From positions 1 to 64,000 of IMG/VR virus record IMGVR_UViG_3300035070_002626: 64,000 bases of DNA. One strand, written 5' to 3'. Both the position numbers and the translations under genes were made by a program. Below the pieces are notes generated by a model that ran no database searches, was not told the DNA's origin, and saw only the letters and a program-made list of their open reading frames with translations. This document shows positions 37,642 through 47,746 of this stretch, piece by piece; the first letter of the stretch is position 1, and every line of letters starts with the position of its first letter.

Positions 37642-37845
37642 CTACCAATCTCCGCCGCTTACTTCAACTTGCACTACTTCTTGATTGTTAGCATTTTGCT
37701 GTAATAATTCAATATCTAACAATAGTTTAGTAATGTCTCCGTGTAAGTTTTTTGCATCACTAAGTGGCCAGACAAAGTCATTGACTCCTTTAGCATCGCA
37801 TGTTTGCACACGATCAATAAATTTTCGTATGTAAAGTCCACTCAC
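37642..37845 (-). CDS. Hypothetical protein
   Basis: ORF with overlap coupling. Confidence 0.6.
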   Translation of the reverse strand: MSGLYIRKFIDRVQTCDAKGVNDFVWPLSDAKNLHGDITKLLLDIELLQQNANNQEVVQVEVSGGDW

Positions 37846-38288
37846 TTGTAAGTAAATCCGTCTTCATCTGTTGCAGGACCGCGATAAGGATAACGTTCAA
37901 GCAAAATAAGTTTAGGACAAAACTCGATAGTAGCTTTGCCGTTGACAATAATTTCGTACCAGCCAGCAGCATACCAGCTTTTTGATTTAGGTTCTTTGGT
38001 ATAGATAGGCAAACGAGTGTTTACATTATAAACAGCATTGTATGGTTTTGCATCAGTTTCGTATCCGTTGATTTGGTTTTCGGGATTAACAACTTTCTCT
38101 TGCTCATCCTCAAACGAAATCTTTGTAATATCACGAAGTGATTTGATGGTTTTATAGTTTGTAACACCACTGTTTGTGCGCAGTATATAACCACCTTGGG
38201 CTTTTTCTACACTTCCAACTTTGTGATCTTGATCTTTAACAATCCAAAATTTACCAGCAACAACTGGTCTAGCAATAGTTTTATTCAT
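37842..38288 (-). CDS. Hypothetical phage protein
   Basis: ORF with AAGGA RBS. Confidence 0.7.
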   Translation of the reverse strand: MNKTIARPVVAGKFWIVKDQDHKVGSVEKAQGGYILRTNSGVTNYKTIKSLRDITKISFEDEQEKVVNPENQINGYETDAKPYNAVYNVNTRLPIYTKEPKSKSWYAAGWYEIIVNGKATIEFCPKLILLERYPYRGPATDEDGFTYK

Positions 38289-38303
38289 TTTAATTTTCCT
38301 TTG

Positions 38304-39305
38304 TCATTGTTGCAATACTCCTTGATATCGTTGATTAAGCCAACGACCGTATTGCTCAGCTTGATCACTAAGTCGACTGAGTTCGTATTTACCACAAAAT
38401 TTCAAGAACTTTGAACCAACCTGTCCAATGTCTTTGTTAGTAACTTGGGTAATGATTGCTTGATCAACTCTGTTCTTAACATCATCAGGTTGTGCACAAA
38501 GATCAATTAGCTGCCGATTGCGATTGTAATCATCCAACACACGATGCTCGTCGCCGTTGTGATCAGTCCAACGCTGCAACATCATGTTGTTCCATGCATA
38601 ACCTTGTTTAACACGATCTTCAAATGCTTCAATAAGACCAACTTTGTTCTTAGTGCCTTTCTTGCGTACACCTGGATATGCCGAAAATACATTGTCGCTG
38701 CTATCGCCACGCATGCACTTTTCAAACAACAACCACTCTGGGTCAGGTATAGCTTTTGGTTCTTTAGTTTTTTTATCTAGCACTTTTTTACCTTTACTAT
38801 CGAAGATACCCTCTATAGTAATCAAATGGTCAGTGATACCGTTGAACTGTTTTACTTTATCTGATAGCAGCTGGTAAAAGTCACTGTCACTGCTGATAAT
38901 AACGTGTTCATCATCAGGGTGTAAATGTATCCAACGTGCTATAAGATCGTCTGCTTCTGCGTTAGGTTCTCTTAGTACACTGCAATTTGTCTTATCTTGC
39001 AAGTACTTATTGAAGTCATCAAAGGTGCTCCAAAAAAGTTGTTCTTCTTCTTGTTGTGCTTCTGTAAGAGCGTCACGAGCTGCCTTGCGGTTTGCTTTGT
39101 AAGGTGTGTAGTGATCCTTGCGCCAGCTGCGCCCTTCCAAACAAAACACAACATGGTCTGCATCAAACTTCTTGGCTACTTTGTTAATAGCTGCCATGCT
39201 AATGTGTAATGCGTATCCTACTTTTTCCCAAGGATCATTTGCACGAAATGCAACGTGTCTTGCACGGAAAAACATATTAGCAGTGTCAATAAGTAGATAT
39301 TTCAT
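38304..39305 (-). CDS. T4 RNase H-like 5'-3' exonuclease (FEN family)
   Basis: LIDTAN, WRK..Y..YKANR, EADD, SSDSDF.QL, GDSSDNV. Confidence 0.9.
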   Translation of the reverse strand: MKYLLIDTANMFFRARHVAFRANDPWEKVGYALHISMAAINKVAKKFDADHVVFCLEGRSWRKDHYTPYKANRKAARDALTEAQQEEEQLFWSTFDDFNKYLQDKTNCSVLREPNAEADDLIARWIHLHPDDEHVIISSDSDFYQLLSDKVKQFNGITDHLITIEGIFDSKGKKVLDKKTKEPKAIPDPEWLLFEKCMRGDSSDNVFSAYPGVRKKGTKNKVGLIEAFEDRVKQGYAWNNMMLQRWTDHNGDEHRVLDDYNRNRQLIDLCAQPDDVKNRVDQAIITQVTNKDIGQVGSKFLKFCGKYELSRLSDQAEQYGRWLNQRYQGVLQQ

Positions 39306-39356
39306 ACTAAGCCCTTTGTTGTTATAGTACTATACTAACACTATAACACGGTGTTG

Positions 39357-39539
39357 TCAACGGTTATATTCAACTACTTTAACTTTACATCCATGACTTT
39401 GTCCCCAATCTTTGGCTGCATTACGAGCTTGGTTGATGTTGGTGTATAAAACAGGAACCAGTAAATCACAACGTCCTGTATCTTCTGTAAGGTATATCCA
39501 ATCATCTTTTGCTAGCATTGCTTTAATTGCATACTTCAT
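39357..39539 (-). CDS. Hypothetical protein
   Basis: AGGAG RBS. Confidence 0.55.
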   Translation of the reverse strand: MKYAIKAMLAKDDWIYLTEDTGRCDLLVPVLYTNINQARNAAKDWGQSHGCKVKVVEYNR

Positions 39540-39547
39540 TTATTCTC

Positions 39548-40249
39548 CTATACAAGATTGTTAGCAGCTATATACTTGGTTAGATATTGTGCCCATACCC
39601 TGTGCCCATCTGGCCCGTAATGCCAGCTTGTTGGACTAACAGTGTTGCATGTATTACTTATCACTGCGTTGTATGTGGATTCTGGGTCATATGGCTCAAT
39701 ATAACTACTTCCCCATTCTTTGCGTGGCGAAGCCTTTTCAAAATGGTTGTTTCCATTGAAGAACACATGCTTGATTCCTAGAGACTCGAGTTCCAAATGA
39801 AACTGCCAGATTTTTTCATGCCATTCTTGTGTTATAGTGTTCCAATCTATGTCTGCAATAAACTCTTTGTATTGTTGTTGATGCGACTCGGGTACATCGT
39901 CGATTCCGGAAGCATTTAATTGATAGTACTCGCCATCAATTAACCATTCTTGGCGTTCCCATGTACTCCATTGTATAATCATTAATGTTTTATACAAATT
40001 GTGTGGATTTTCTTCTATCCATTTGCGTGTAGTCCTGATAATACGATCGTTACTACTAGCACTTTCTGCATCACACTTGAATCCGCAACTGAGCCGCTGG
40101 CTTAGTAATTTACCCCAACTTTGTGCAATATTATCTGGATGCGGTAGTCTCTGCATCATCCAGTACTTTGTATCATCGGCTGCAAACGCATGTGGATTTA
40201 CGCATTCTGCGGCTGCGGTATGACTGTCGCCGTTAACGTATAATATCAT
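39548..40249 (-). CDS. SGNH-like hypothetical protein
   Basis: NGDSH, SSNDRI.R, IQWS..ER, C-terminal H....H. Confidence 0.55.
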   Translation of the reverse strand: MILYVNGDSHTAAAECVNPHAFAADDTKYWMMQRLPHPDNIAQSWGKLLSQRLSCGFKCDAESASSNDRIIRTTRKWIEENPHNLYKTLMIIQWSTWERQEWLIDGEYYQLNASGIDDVPESHQQQYKEFIADIDWNTITQEWHEKIWQFHLELESLGIKHVFFNGNNHFEKASPRKEWGSSYIEPYDPESTYNAVISNTCNTVSPTSWHYGPDGHRVWAQYLTKYIAANNLV

Positions 40250-40632
40250 TTTACTTCTGTGTATCCGTCTCCGAGATCACGCTCTCTTGTAAAGCGTACT
40301 TCAGGATCTGCTTGGAATTGTTCGTATGTTTCCATAACAACATTACGGCATACATTTTGAAACCAGCGATCAACAATTTCGTGGTCAGGTTCATTTGGTT
40401 GTCCTTGGTAACCAGCCCTTACAAGATTTGCTATAAACTTTTCATTCCAGTCAAGTTCAAATGCGCCCTGGTCGATGTCACCTTCGGCAAGTTCCATGCT
40501 TAGTATAGCAACATAAGGCTCGCCCTTTTCAGTGGCAATCTCTTTGTCAGTTTTAGTTACTTTCTTGGGTTTAACAGCAGGCTTAACTTCTGGTTTTGTT
40601 AAGCCTAGTGTCTTTTTAAATTTATCAAACAT
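40246..40632 (-). CDS. Hypothetical phage protein
   Basis: AAGGA RBS before MFDKF; FELDWN..F motif. Confidence 0.65.
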   Translation of the reverse strand: MFDKFKKTLGLTKPEVKPAVKPKKVTKTDKEIATEKGEPYVAILSMELAEGDIDQGAFELDWNEKFIANLVRAGYQGQPNEPDHEIVDRWFQNVCRNVVMETYEQFQADPEVRFTRERDLGDGYTEVK

Positions 40633-41395
40633 GCGTGTTCCTTTTAAATACTGGGATAGGCTGCATCTTATGCAAATTGCGTTTGCGAATCTCAAGATAT
40701 TGTTTTACTTGAGTTTTGTCCTCTTCGCCAAGCGACTCAACATCAATACCTTGCTCGTCAATGTCCATGCATTTTTCTAAATCACTGTAGCTCATGCCAT
40801 GCAATTGATCCTCATCAACACGCCCATCATCCCACAATCCATCTGTGGGTTTGGCATCGATAATTTCTTGGCTAACTCCAAGTTGTTTACCTAATGCCCA
40901 TACTTCAGTTTTTGTTAAGTCTGCAATTGGAGAGATATCAACTCCCCCGTCTCCGTACTTAGTGTAAAAACCTACTCCAAAGTCTTCTACTTTGTTGCCT
41001 GTTCCGACTACAATACCGCCATGCGTTTGCGCTTTTTGATACAATGTCATCATGCGTAATCTGGCACGACTGTTTGCTAGTGCTAGTGGGGAATAAGCAT
41101 GTTGAAACAAGTCTTCAAACTTCTCGAATACATCTGTAAGATCGATTGTTTCAAAGCTGGCGTTCATGTACTGTGTGTTTAGGCGCAAGCAATGATCAAC
41201 ACCCAAGTCTGTTTGCTCTGCTTTTTGTCGAATTGGCATAACCAAGCACAACGTGGGCACACCGGATAACGCACACAGTGTACTGACAACAGCACTGTCA
41301 ATTCCGCCACTAACACCAACTACTAATTGATCAATCCCGTTTTTAAGTGCATATTCTCTAATCCATTGCGGAATATCTTTTGTTAAATCACTCAT
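40625..41395 (-). CDS. nadE: NH3-dependent NAD+ synthetase
   Basis: GVSGGIDS PP-loop, NSRARLRM, GTGN..E, GFYTKYGDG, PTDGLW, DEDQL. Confidence 0.92.
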   Translation of the reverse strand: MSDLTKDIPQWIREYALKNGIDQLVVGVSGGIDSAVVSTLCALSGVPTLCLVMPIRQKAEQTDLGVDHCLRLNTQYMNASFETIDLTDVFEKFEDLFQHAYSPLALANSRARLRMMTLYQKAQTHGGIVVGTGNKVEDFGVGFYTKYGDGGVDISPIADLTKTEVWALGKQLGVSQEIIDAKPTDGLWDDGRVDEDQLHGMSYSDLEKCMDIDEQGIDVESLGEEDKTQVKQYLEIRKRNLHKMQPIPVFKRNTHV

Positions 41396-41467
41396 AATTG
41401 CTTTCTTACTTTTTCGTATTGCTCTTCGGTAATCTTTTTGCCTTTAATATAATTCATGTCTTCTTTG

Positions 41468-42364
41468 CTAAGTCCCCCAGGCATTTCCGAATAAACTAAT
41501 GTGGAGTCGGGGAGTGAATCTCCATCCTTCGTCCATACACGCTTGGGCAACGTCATTAACATTGAGGGAATATTCTTCACTGCGACCGCCCATTGGCATA
41601 AGATATACTGGACATTGTACCCCGGCACTTTGATAAGCACTGACAGCTTTTTTGACTTCAACAAAATCGTCTTGATCAGCGACAACAAACTTAAAATAAA
41701 TGTCACTACCGTCAACAAGGCTGTACTCATGAGCAACATTAGGTTTAATAGCATCTTCCCAAGATTCTCCCGAAACACTAAGTTTTGGGGAACAACTCCA
41801 AGTGACTGTAAAGTCGTCATTGTTGTTGAGATAGTTGAAGAAATCATCGTGTAGGTGTTGTGTAGTGTTTGTTTCAAATGTAACATTTTTCAAGTCCTGC
41901 ATACGTGGGTGTTCAAATAGTTCAACATACAATCGTTGCCAAGCAAGCAATGGTTCACCACCAGTTAAGATAAGATGAACGTCTTGTCCATTGTCTTGCA
42001 CCCACTTACCATTGGGAGTAAGCGATAATAGATGTTCAACTACTTCGTCAATTGTTGCTTCTTTGTTAAAGTGCTTAAACTCGGGATAGATACTTGCATA
42101 TGTATCACAACCTGTGTGAATAATAGGCAAGTCATTAAACTCCTTAGTTGTTTTATCAACGCCGGCGTCCAATAATGCTTTTACTTCTGCATTGTAACGC
42201 TGCCCGTTTGCATGTTTTTCTGCACGACTGGGCTCATCTTTGCCGAGGCCAAAGTTCATACAACGCAAGTTACAACCAAAGGTGCGTAGGAATACACTGG
42301 GTACTCCTACAAACTTGCCTTCGCCTTGCACACTATAAAATGCTTCACTATATCTTAGTTTCAT
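41468..42364 (-). CDS. queE: 7-carboxy-7-deazaguanine synthase (radical SAM)
   Basis: FYSVQGEG, FLR.FGCNLRC...CDT, LTGGEP, FETN, SPK, RLH..LFG. Confidence 0.92.
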   Translation of the reverse strand: MKLRYSEAFYSVQGEGKFVGVPSVFLRTFGCNLRCMNFGLGKDEPSRAEKHANGQRYNAEVKALLDAGVDKTTKEFNDLPIIHTGCDTYASIYPEFKHFNKEATIDEVVEHLLSLTPNGKWVQDNGQDVHLILTGGEPLLAWQRLYVELFEHPRMQDLKNVTFETNTTQHLHDDFFNYLNNNDDFTVTWSCSPKLSVSGESWEDAIKPNVAHEYSLVDGSDIYFKFVVADQDDFVEVKKAVSAYQSAGVQCPVYLMPMGGRSEEYSLNVNDVAQACMDEGWRFTPRLHISLFGNAWGT

Positions 42365-42987
42365 TTCGATACCTCTTCGTTTGGATCCCAACGTTTCCAC
42401 CATTCTTCCCACGGAAATACTATCCAAGACGGGTCGTCGATTTTATTAATTTCTTCAGCGCAATATCTAATAGGTAATTTGCTTTCACTTGCAGTATTAT
42501 CATACAGCACAGCAACTCGTACTGTGTTCTCCCACACAAGATTCCACAACTGTTCGCTGTTGTCTCGACTAGGAGAACAATTGGCTTCCCAATCTTGCTT
42601 GATCCAGTTCAGCGTAGCACCACTGTCGTTAATATCGTCGACAATAAGGATTTTCTTTTTAAGAGATGGATCCCATCGTGCGCCAGACATACCAGTTTTA
42701 GTTTCATCATTGTAACCAAACGCTTCTTCGGCCATCCAGCAGTTACTTTCGCAATCTTCTGGTTTACCATCCCGCAACCGTACATCCAATGTGTGCATCT
42801 TAACATCGAGATACTGACTTATTAAGTTTGCAACTGTTAAGCCACCACGTGTAATACCGACAACATAATCTGGTTGCCAATTGTCAATTTGCATTTGTCG
42901 CAATATGTCTTGAGTTTGCCGTTGCACATCATGCCATGTTACAAATACTTTTTTCACACTTTTCTCGCTTTTACCATCATATGCCAA
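42361..42987 (-). CDS. Type I phosphoribosyltransferase (xanthine/guanine PRT-like)
   Basis: GITRGGL, LIVDDINDSGAT PRPP loop, WIVFPWE. Confidence 0.88.
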   Translation of the reverse strand: MAYDGKSEKSVKKVFVTWHDVQRQTQDILRQMQIDNWQPDYVVGITRGGLTVANLISQYLDVKMHTLDVRLRDGKPEDCESNCWMAEEAFGYNDETKTGMSGARWDPSLKKKILIVDDINDSGATLNWIKQDWEANCSPSRDNSEQLWNLVWENTVRVAVLYDNTASESKLPIRYCAEEINKIDDPSWIVFPWEEWWKRWDPNEEVSK

Positions 42988-43730
42988 CCCAGGTATTCGT
43001 TAACTGCTTCACGCATTTCCTCGCTCATAGCAGCAAACCAGGGTTCTAACACATAGTTTCCCTTCTTGTACTCTTCTATATTATACATGAAACAGTGGCT
43101 TTGGCGCAACCTTTCAATTGTCCATTTTGTAGTAGGCAACAACTCATATATCTCGTCTTTGCTATATGCTTGTGCATAAGGACACGCATCTTGTGCTTCG
43201 TATTGATCCAGACCTTTTTGTATCATTGCCATTTTCCAAGAGTTTTTAGCATATACCAAAAGACGCAGTTCGCCGCCGTCAACTAGTGCATTGTGCATGT
43301 TGTTCAAGCTCAATTCAATGTCTGGAAAATGGTGTATTACTCCCATGCTGTATACAAAGTCAAATTTACCAAGATCGCTAAGGTCATCCTGTACATTACG
43401 CACATGAAACTCTCCGGGTAATCCTAGTACATCAAATCTCTGTTTACAAAGATCGATGCTTACACTAGAAAGATCAATGCCTACATATTCAGCTCCGTGT
43501 TTAGCAAATTCTTCAGCTTCGGTTCCAATGCCTGATCCTACTTCAAGTACTCGTTTTCCTTGCCATTGGTGATATCCAGCAAATTCACGTAGGTGCGGCT
43601 CGACTTTAAATCGTCGCTTGCTAACTTCGGCAAAAAACTCTTTAGTACCAACAGGGCTTGTGCCATGATTGATATTACACGGCTGAGCATTCCAGTAATC
43701 TGCAATGCGTTGTTTTAAATCACTGCTCAT
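42954..43730 (-). CDS. Class I SAM methyltransferase
   Basis: VLEVGSGIG, GIDLS, FDFVYS.GVIHH. Confidence 0.88.
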   Translation of the reverse strand: MSSDLKQRIADYWNAQPCNINHGTSPVGTKEFFAEVSKRRFKVEPHLREFAGYHQWQGKRVLEVGSGIGTEAEEFAKHGAEYVGIDLSSVSIDLCKQRFDVLGLPGEFHVRNVQDDLSDLGKFDFVYSMGVIHHFPDIELSLNNMHNALVDGGELRLLVYAKNSWKMAMIQKGLDQYEAQDACPYAQAYSKDEIYELLPTTKWTIERLRQSHCFMYNIEEYKKGNYVLEPWFAAMSEEMREAVNEYLGWHMMVKARKV

Positions 43731-44556
43731 ATTTCCAAGTTCCTAAAAATCCTTGAGGGTCGTTTTCTCTCATGCGTGTCCAGACGTCATACCCGCCTTT
43801 ACGTGCACCATCTAAATATCCATTGTCTTGACCAAGTCGTTTGCGGAACCATTCCATTTTGTAACCCCATAGAATCCTTGTTTGCGCAGTCGGGGGATAA
43901 AGAAAATCCTTGGGGTTAGACATGTCGCCTTCGAGTCGTTCTGGCTGTCGCTCTGCATATGTTTCGTCGTCGTTGTTGCCAGTTAAGTCAGCTCTGTCGT
44001 GGATGCACTCGCTTTTGAGTTGAATCATTGCATCACATATATATGCTACTTGACTAATCCATCCGTCGGTAATAACATGCGGAGATACACAGCCAAAAAG
44101 TATCAACCAATCTCGGGGAATAACCGGAAAGATAGCATATGGATGACCGTGATTATCTGAGAATCTTTGTACTGCAAATTGCCCTGAATGGCTGAGAATT
44201 TCAGTGTCCCATCCCTTGCTCACCATTATAGCATCATCATTCCAAACACACAGCCATTCGCCTTTACTATGCTGGGCTAATATATTAGTGTATTCGTTTA
44301 GTCGATGATATCCCATGCGAGGTTGTGTAAACACATACAGATCTAAATCTGCTTCTTCAAAATATGGAATCATGTCACTTTCAACATAGTCAATAGTTTT
44401 TTGATCATCGTCATCAATTGCAATCATGAATTCAATATCATGCGGGTTATCAGCAGTATCAATCATGCTCTGCATACTGCTCAATGCTTGTACTGGTCTC
44501 CCGCGAGTTGGGAACATTACAGATATTTTCTTACTTGGATTAATTTGAAATGTCAT
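43720..44556 (-). CDS. GT2-like (GT-A) glycosyltransferase
   Basis: ISVMFPTRGR, IDDDD, WNDD (DxD-like). Confidence 0.75.
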   Translation of the reverse strand: MTFQINPSKKISVMFPTRGRPVQALSSMQSMIDTADNPHDIEFMIAIDDDDQKTIDYVESDMIPYFEEADLDLYVFTQPRMGYHRLNEYTNILAQHSKGEWLCVWNDDAIMVSKGWDTEILSHSGQFAVQRFSDNHGHPYAIFPVIPRDWLILFGCVSPHVITDGWISQVAYICDAMIQLKSECIHDRADLTGNNDDETYAERQPERLEGDMSNPKDFLYPPTAQTRILWGYKMEWFRKRLGQDNGYLDGARKGGYDVWTRMRENDPQGFLGTWKYEQ

Positions 44557-45173
44557 TATCGTTTCTCTATAATTTTATCAGCCAAGCCCCATTCAACTGC
44601 TTCTGCCGCAGTAAGGAATGTATCAAACTTCATAGTCTCTGACATTTCGTCATATGTCTTGCCGGCTGTGTTGTGCTTAACGTAAAGCTCTGTAAGGCGT
44701 CGATTTACTTTTTTGCTCTCTTCCATGCTGCGTACTGCATCTTCAAACTGTAGCTCTTGGACATACACACTACCGCTTGTTCCACGTGTACCTGAGCTCA
44801 CACGGTGAATCATTGTTCGTGATTCTGGCAATACAATACGCTTGCCTGCTGCACCTGCTTGTGCAAGGAATGAGCCCATGCTGCATGCTTGTCCGATAAC
44901 TACTGTGGATACATCGCACTTGATAAATTGCATGGTATCGTAAATACCAAGTCCTGCACTTACCTGCCCTCCTGGGCTGTTAATATAAAGCAAGATGTCC
45001 TTGTCTGGGTCTTCGCTTTCTAAAAACAACAGTTGTGCAATAATTGCATTAGCCATATTGTCCTCAACTGGACCATTCAGCATGATAATACGATCTTTCA
45101 GTAATCGACTGTAAATGTCGTATGCACGTTCGCCTTTTGAAGTAGTTTCAACTACCATTGGAATTAAGGACAT
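44556..45173 (-). CDS. clpP: ATP-dependent Clp protease proteolytic subunit
   Basis: [24 protein letters not shown] (Ser), MIH (His). Confidence 0.95.
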   Translation of the reverse strand: MSLIPMVVETTSKGERAYDIYSRLLKDRIIMLNGPVEDNMANAIIAQLLFLESEDPDKDILLYINSPGGQVSAGLGIYDTMQFIKCDVSTVVIGQACSMGSFLAQAGAAGKRIVLPESRTMIHRVSSGTRGTSGSVYVQELQFEDAVRSMEESKKVNRRLTELYVKHNTAGKTYDEMSETMKFDTFLTAAEAVEWGLADKIIEKR

Positions 45174-45649
45174 TATTCAGAAAACCTTTCTTTGCGTACA
45201 ATAAATGGTGTGTAAATTGCGCTGTTAGCACCGTGCTCCATGCACTCTGCAGATTCGCACCAACAACGATTGTCTGTTGCTTCTCTAATAAGTTTATCAG
45301 CAAACTTCCATGCGTGTTCTGCAAACTTTTCTGCACCCACTCCGTCTAGTACTGTAACTTCTGCTAGACCCATGTTTTCAAGTTCTGCAAACTTGTACAA
45401 GAACGGATCTTCTCTATCAATTACTGTCTTATGATCAAATGTATCTTCTAGCCATGCTTTAAGAGGTTTAAGTCCTCCAAAGTCAACGGCCCAGTTTTTA
45501 TTGTCTAGCTCGCTACATCCAAATGTAAACTTGAAACCCAAACTATATCCGTGTAAGAATTTACAATGTGAATGGTCTGCATGTGGTTGACGGAACACCG
45601 CTGAAAGTCCGATGTTGTGTCCGTAAGTTTTTGTTGAATAATGTGGCAT
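45173..45649 (-). CDS. queD: 6-carboxy-tetrahydropterin synthase
   Basis: [22 protein letters not shown]-terminal E...N.A. Confidence 0.9.
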   Translation of the reverse strand: MPHYSTKTYGHNIGLSAVFRQPHADHSHCKFLHGYSLGFKFTFGCSELDNKNWAVDFGGLKPLKAWLEDTFDHKTVIDREDPFLYKFAELENMGLAEVTVLDGVGAEKFAEHAWKFADKLIREATDNRCWCESAECMEHGANSAIYTPFIVRKERFSE

Positions 45650-45675
45650 TCTATTTTCCTTAATGTAACAGGTCA

Positions 45676-45708
45676 GAATGTTTTAAGACGGATGATCCTT
45701 CGACGTCT
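45676..45708 (-). promoter_or_regulatory. Candidate preQ1-I-like riboswitch upstream of queD
   Basis: AGACG-UCGAAGGAUCAUC-CGUCU-UAAAACAUUC: 5-bp P1, UCG...C loop, A-rich tail, possible GAA:UUC pseudoknot. Confidence 0.5.
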
Positions 45709-45718
45709 ATAATAGTTA

Positions 45719-46444
45719 TCAGTTCTTCCAGACGTGTGCAGAATAACCTTTACCATTGGTATCCCCGCCCTGATTGTCTAGTTCTTCTCCATTGTAAGAC
45801 ACACCGTCGATGATGTCTTCCCCGTTTGGATATTCATTGCAGTGGAACATCAGTTTCTTAGGATCAAATTCGCCTACTGTTTTGATGATAGCATCAAAAA
45901 AACTGCCTTTTTCACTGCTATACATTTGTAGTACGTATTCGCCTTGTTCTTCATACTCTTCACCTTCGCCCCAATCGGTGCCTTCAACCTCGTAATTGGT
46001 TTCCTCTTGCAACTTGTCAACTAGGTCGCTTACTTTGTCGTCAATTACATCAGCAACATGCTTGCTCATGTATTCATCACTGTCAACTTCGTTGATAATA
46101 AGATAAGCACTACTGTATTCAACTCCCATTTGGTGACAAAACTCATTAGGTGCTTCGTACCAAGGTGATTTAAATGCGGATTCGCCATATTCAGTTAGAA
46201 AGTCTGCTTCTTTCGGAATAGTTCCTAGTTCATCGTAATCACAATCGTCTGGATCATCATTGATCAGATACTCTACCAAGTCGCTGTCGTGATGCTCTTT
46301 TAAGTGTGCGTTCCAAAATTCATATGCTTCTTTGGTGATATTTATGTATGCTGCTTCACCACCATAACCTCCAATGCTAAGACGATAATATCGTGGGCCC
46401 TTGATAGTGTCAATTAGTTCTTCTTTTTGTTCAATACTAGCCAT
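45719..46444 (-). CDS. Hypothetical highly acidic protein
   Basis: GGGAG RBS before MASIEQK. Confidence 0.65.
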   Translation of the reverse strand: MASIEQKEELIDTIKGPRYYRLSIGGYGGEAAYINITKEAYEFWNAHLKEHHDSDLVEYLINDDPDDCDYDELGTIPKEADFLTEYGESAFKSPWYEAPNEFCHQMGVEYSSAYLIINEVDSDEYMSKHVADVIDDKVSDLVDKLQEETNYEVEGTDWGEGEEYEEQGEYVLQMYSSEKGSFFDAIIKTVGEFDPKKLMFHCNEYPNGEDIIDGVSYNGEELDNQGGDTNGKGYSAHVWKN

Positions 46445-46823
46445 TTGTATAACTCCCTGCGCCCGGAATAACATTGCGAACACCGCCAGTTGGGTCAGCG
46501 CAATCCCCTTCACGACGGAAAATTAAATGTACATGAGGATACATACAAGTTTGCCCGGCGCTCTCGCCTATGTTAATGCCAACATTGTATCCAGTGATTT
46601 CATTATTTTGTACTTGAACATTTTCGTGTCCCATGGTGCATGCATATTTGAAACACTTCATAATGCTATCCAGTGTAGCATCACGAGGTACAACAAGAGT
46701 ATGCCCAGGAGTAACCGGAAAACCATCGTTGAAAATTACAAAATCTCTAGTTTCAAACTGCACATTAGTCCAAGGTGCTCGACCTTCGGCTTGTGCTACG
46801 GCTAACGTATCTAGTCTATCCAT
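46437..46823 (-). CDS. HIT-family nucleotide hydrolase
   Basis: FPVTPGHTLVVP, GYNVG.N.G..AGQ...PHVHLI. Confidence 0.9.
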   Translation of the reverse strand: MDRLDTLAVAQAEGRAPWTNVQFETRDFVIFNDGFPVTPGHTLVVPRDATLDSIMKCFKYACTMGHENVQVQNNEITGYNVGINIGESAGQTCMYPHVHLIFRREGDCADPTGGVRNVIPGAGSYTNG

Positions 46824-46873
46824 TGTATTCTCCGTTGTGTATAGATTTATTGTACTATGTTTAATAGTATATG

Positions 46874-47746
46874 TCAACCTTTTTCGAGTAATCTGTGCAG
46901 TGACTTAGAATCAGTAGGAAAAATATTTAGGCCATCACATCGTATTTCGTAACCCAAAGATCGCAATCGTTGTTGTACAATTGAAGCAGCAACTATGTTT
47001 AGTTCTTTCCAACTAAACGCAACATCGTTAATAGTATTATCAACGACAACATCTAACAAATTAAACTCGTCTATTATATATTGTTGTTTTTTTATCCACT
47101 CTTCGACGAACAAATCTATGTCGACCATTGCTTGTGCATTGCAAAAACTAAAAATACGGGTGATAGCATCTTTGGTCTGAAATAACATCTCAGTAGTGGA
47201 TATTTTTAAAAAACTATCTGGTACTTCGTATTTTGAATTAATCCATTGTTGCACGTATGTAACATAAAACAAACTCATCCACTCTCGCCATTCCCAGGGT
47301 TGCATTTGACTCCAGTGTGTATACTCGCTGTTCCATTTTACAATATCACATTCATTTCCAATGGCAAATGTTTCGAGACCTAGCTGACGCCTTTTCCCTA
47401 CTGCAATTTTATGATACTGGAACAATAAGTTGAGTTCGGCTGCCCGTAATGATTCTGCATATATTAATATATTTTTACTAGAGGGGGTAAGCGGATACGT
47501 TTCTAAAATTTTAGAAAGGGTCCCGTCTCTGGTTGGATATATAGGAGTGGCTATTTCTGCGTCTATGGTTTGATTATAAGCCGACATACTAAGTGGATGC
47601 CAAGATTTTGCAAACCCGTGAACAGAACCGTCGGGTTGTAAACCACGATCCAACAGTTCCGGATTTGTAAAATTATTACTAAACTCTCTCAGTATATACT
47701 CAACTGTTGAGCCAAACATACCTGGCACAAAAAATATCGAGATCAT
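46874..47746 (-). CDS. Hypothetical protein, AT-rich insert
   Basis: Long ORF; no recognised motif. Confidence 0.6.
   Translation of the reverse strand: MISIFFVPGMFGSTVEYILREFSNNFTNPELLDRGLQPDGSVHGFAKSWHPLSMSAYNQTIDAEIATPIYPTRDGTLSKILETYPLTPSSKNILIYAESLRAAELNLLFQYHKIAVGKRRQLGLETFAIGNECDIVKWNSEYTHWSQMQPWEWREWMSLFYVTYVQQWINSKYEVPDSFLKISTTEMLFQTKDAITRIFSFCNAQAMVDIDLFVEEWIKKQQYIIDEFNLLDVVVDNTINDVAFSWKELNIVAASIVQQRLRSLGYEIRCDGLNIFPTDSKSLHRLLEKG

Noticed and set aside
41392-41886. 164-aa ORF overlapping queE
   Set aside because: It is an alternative frame of queE; at most the last 30 codons (41392..41484) are a real small gene
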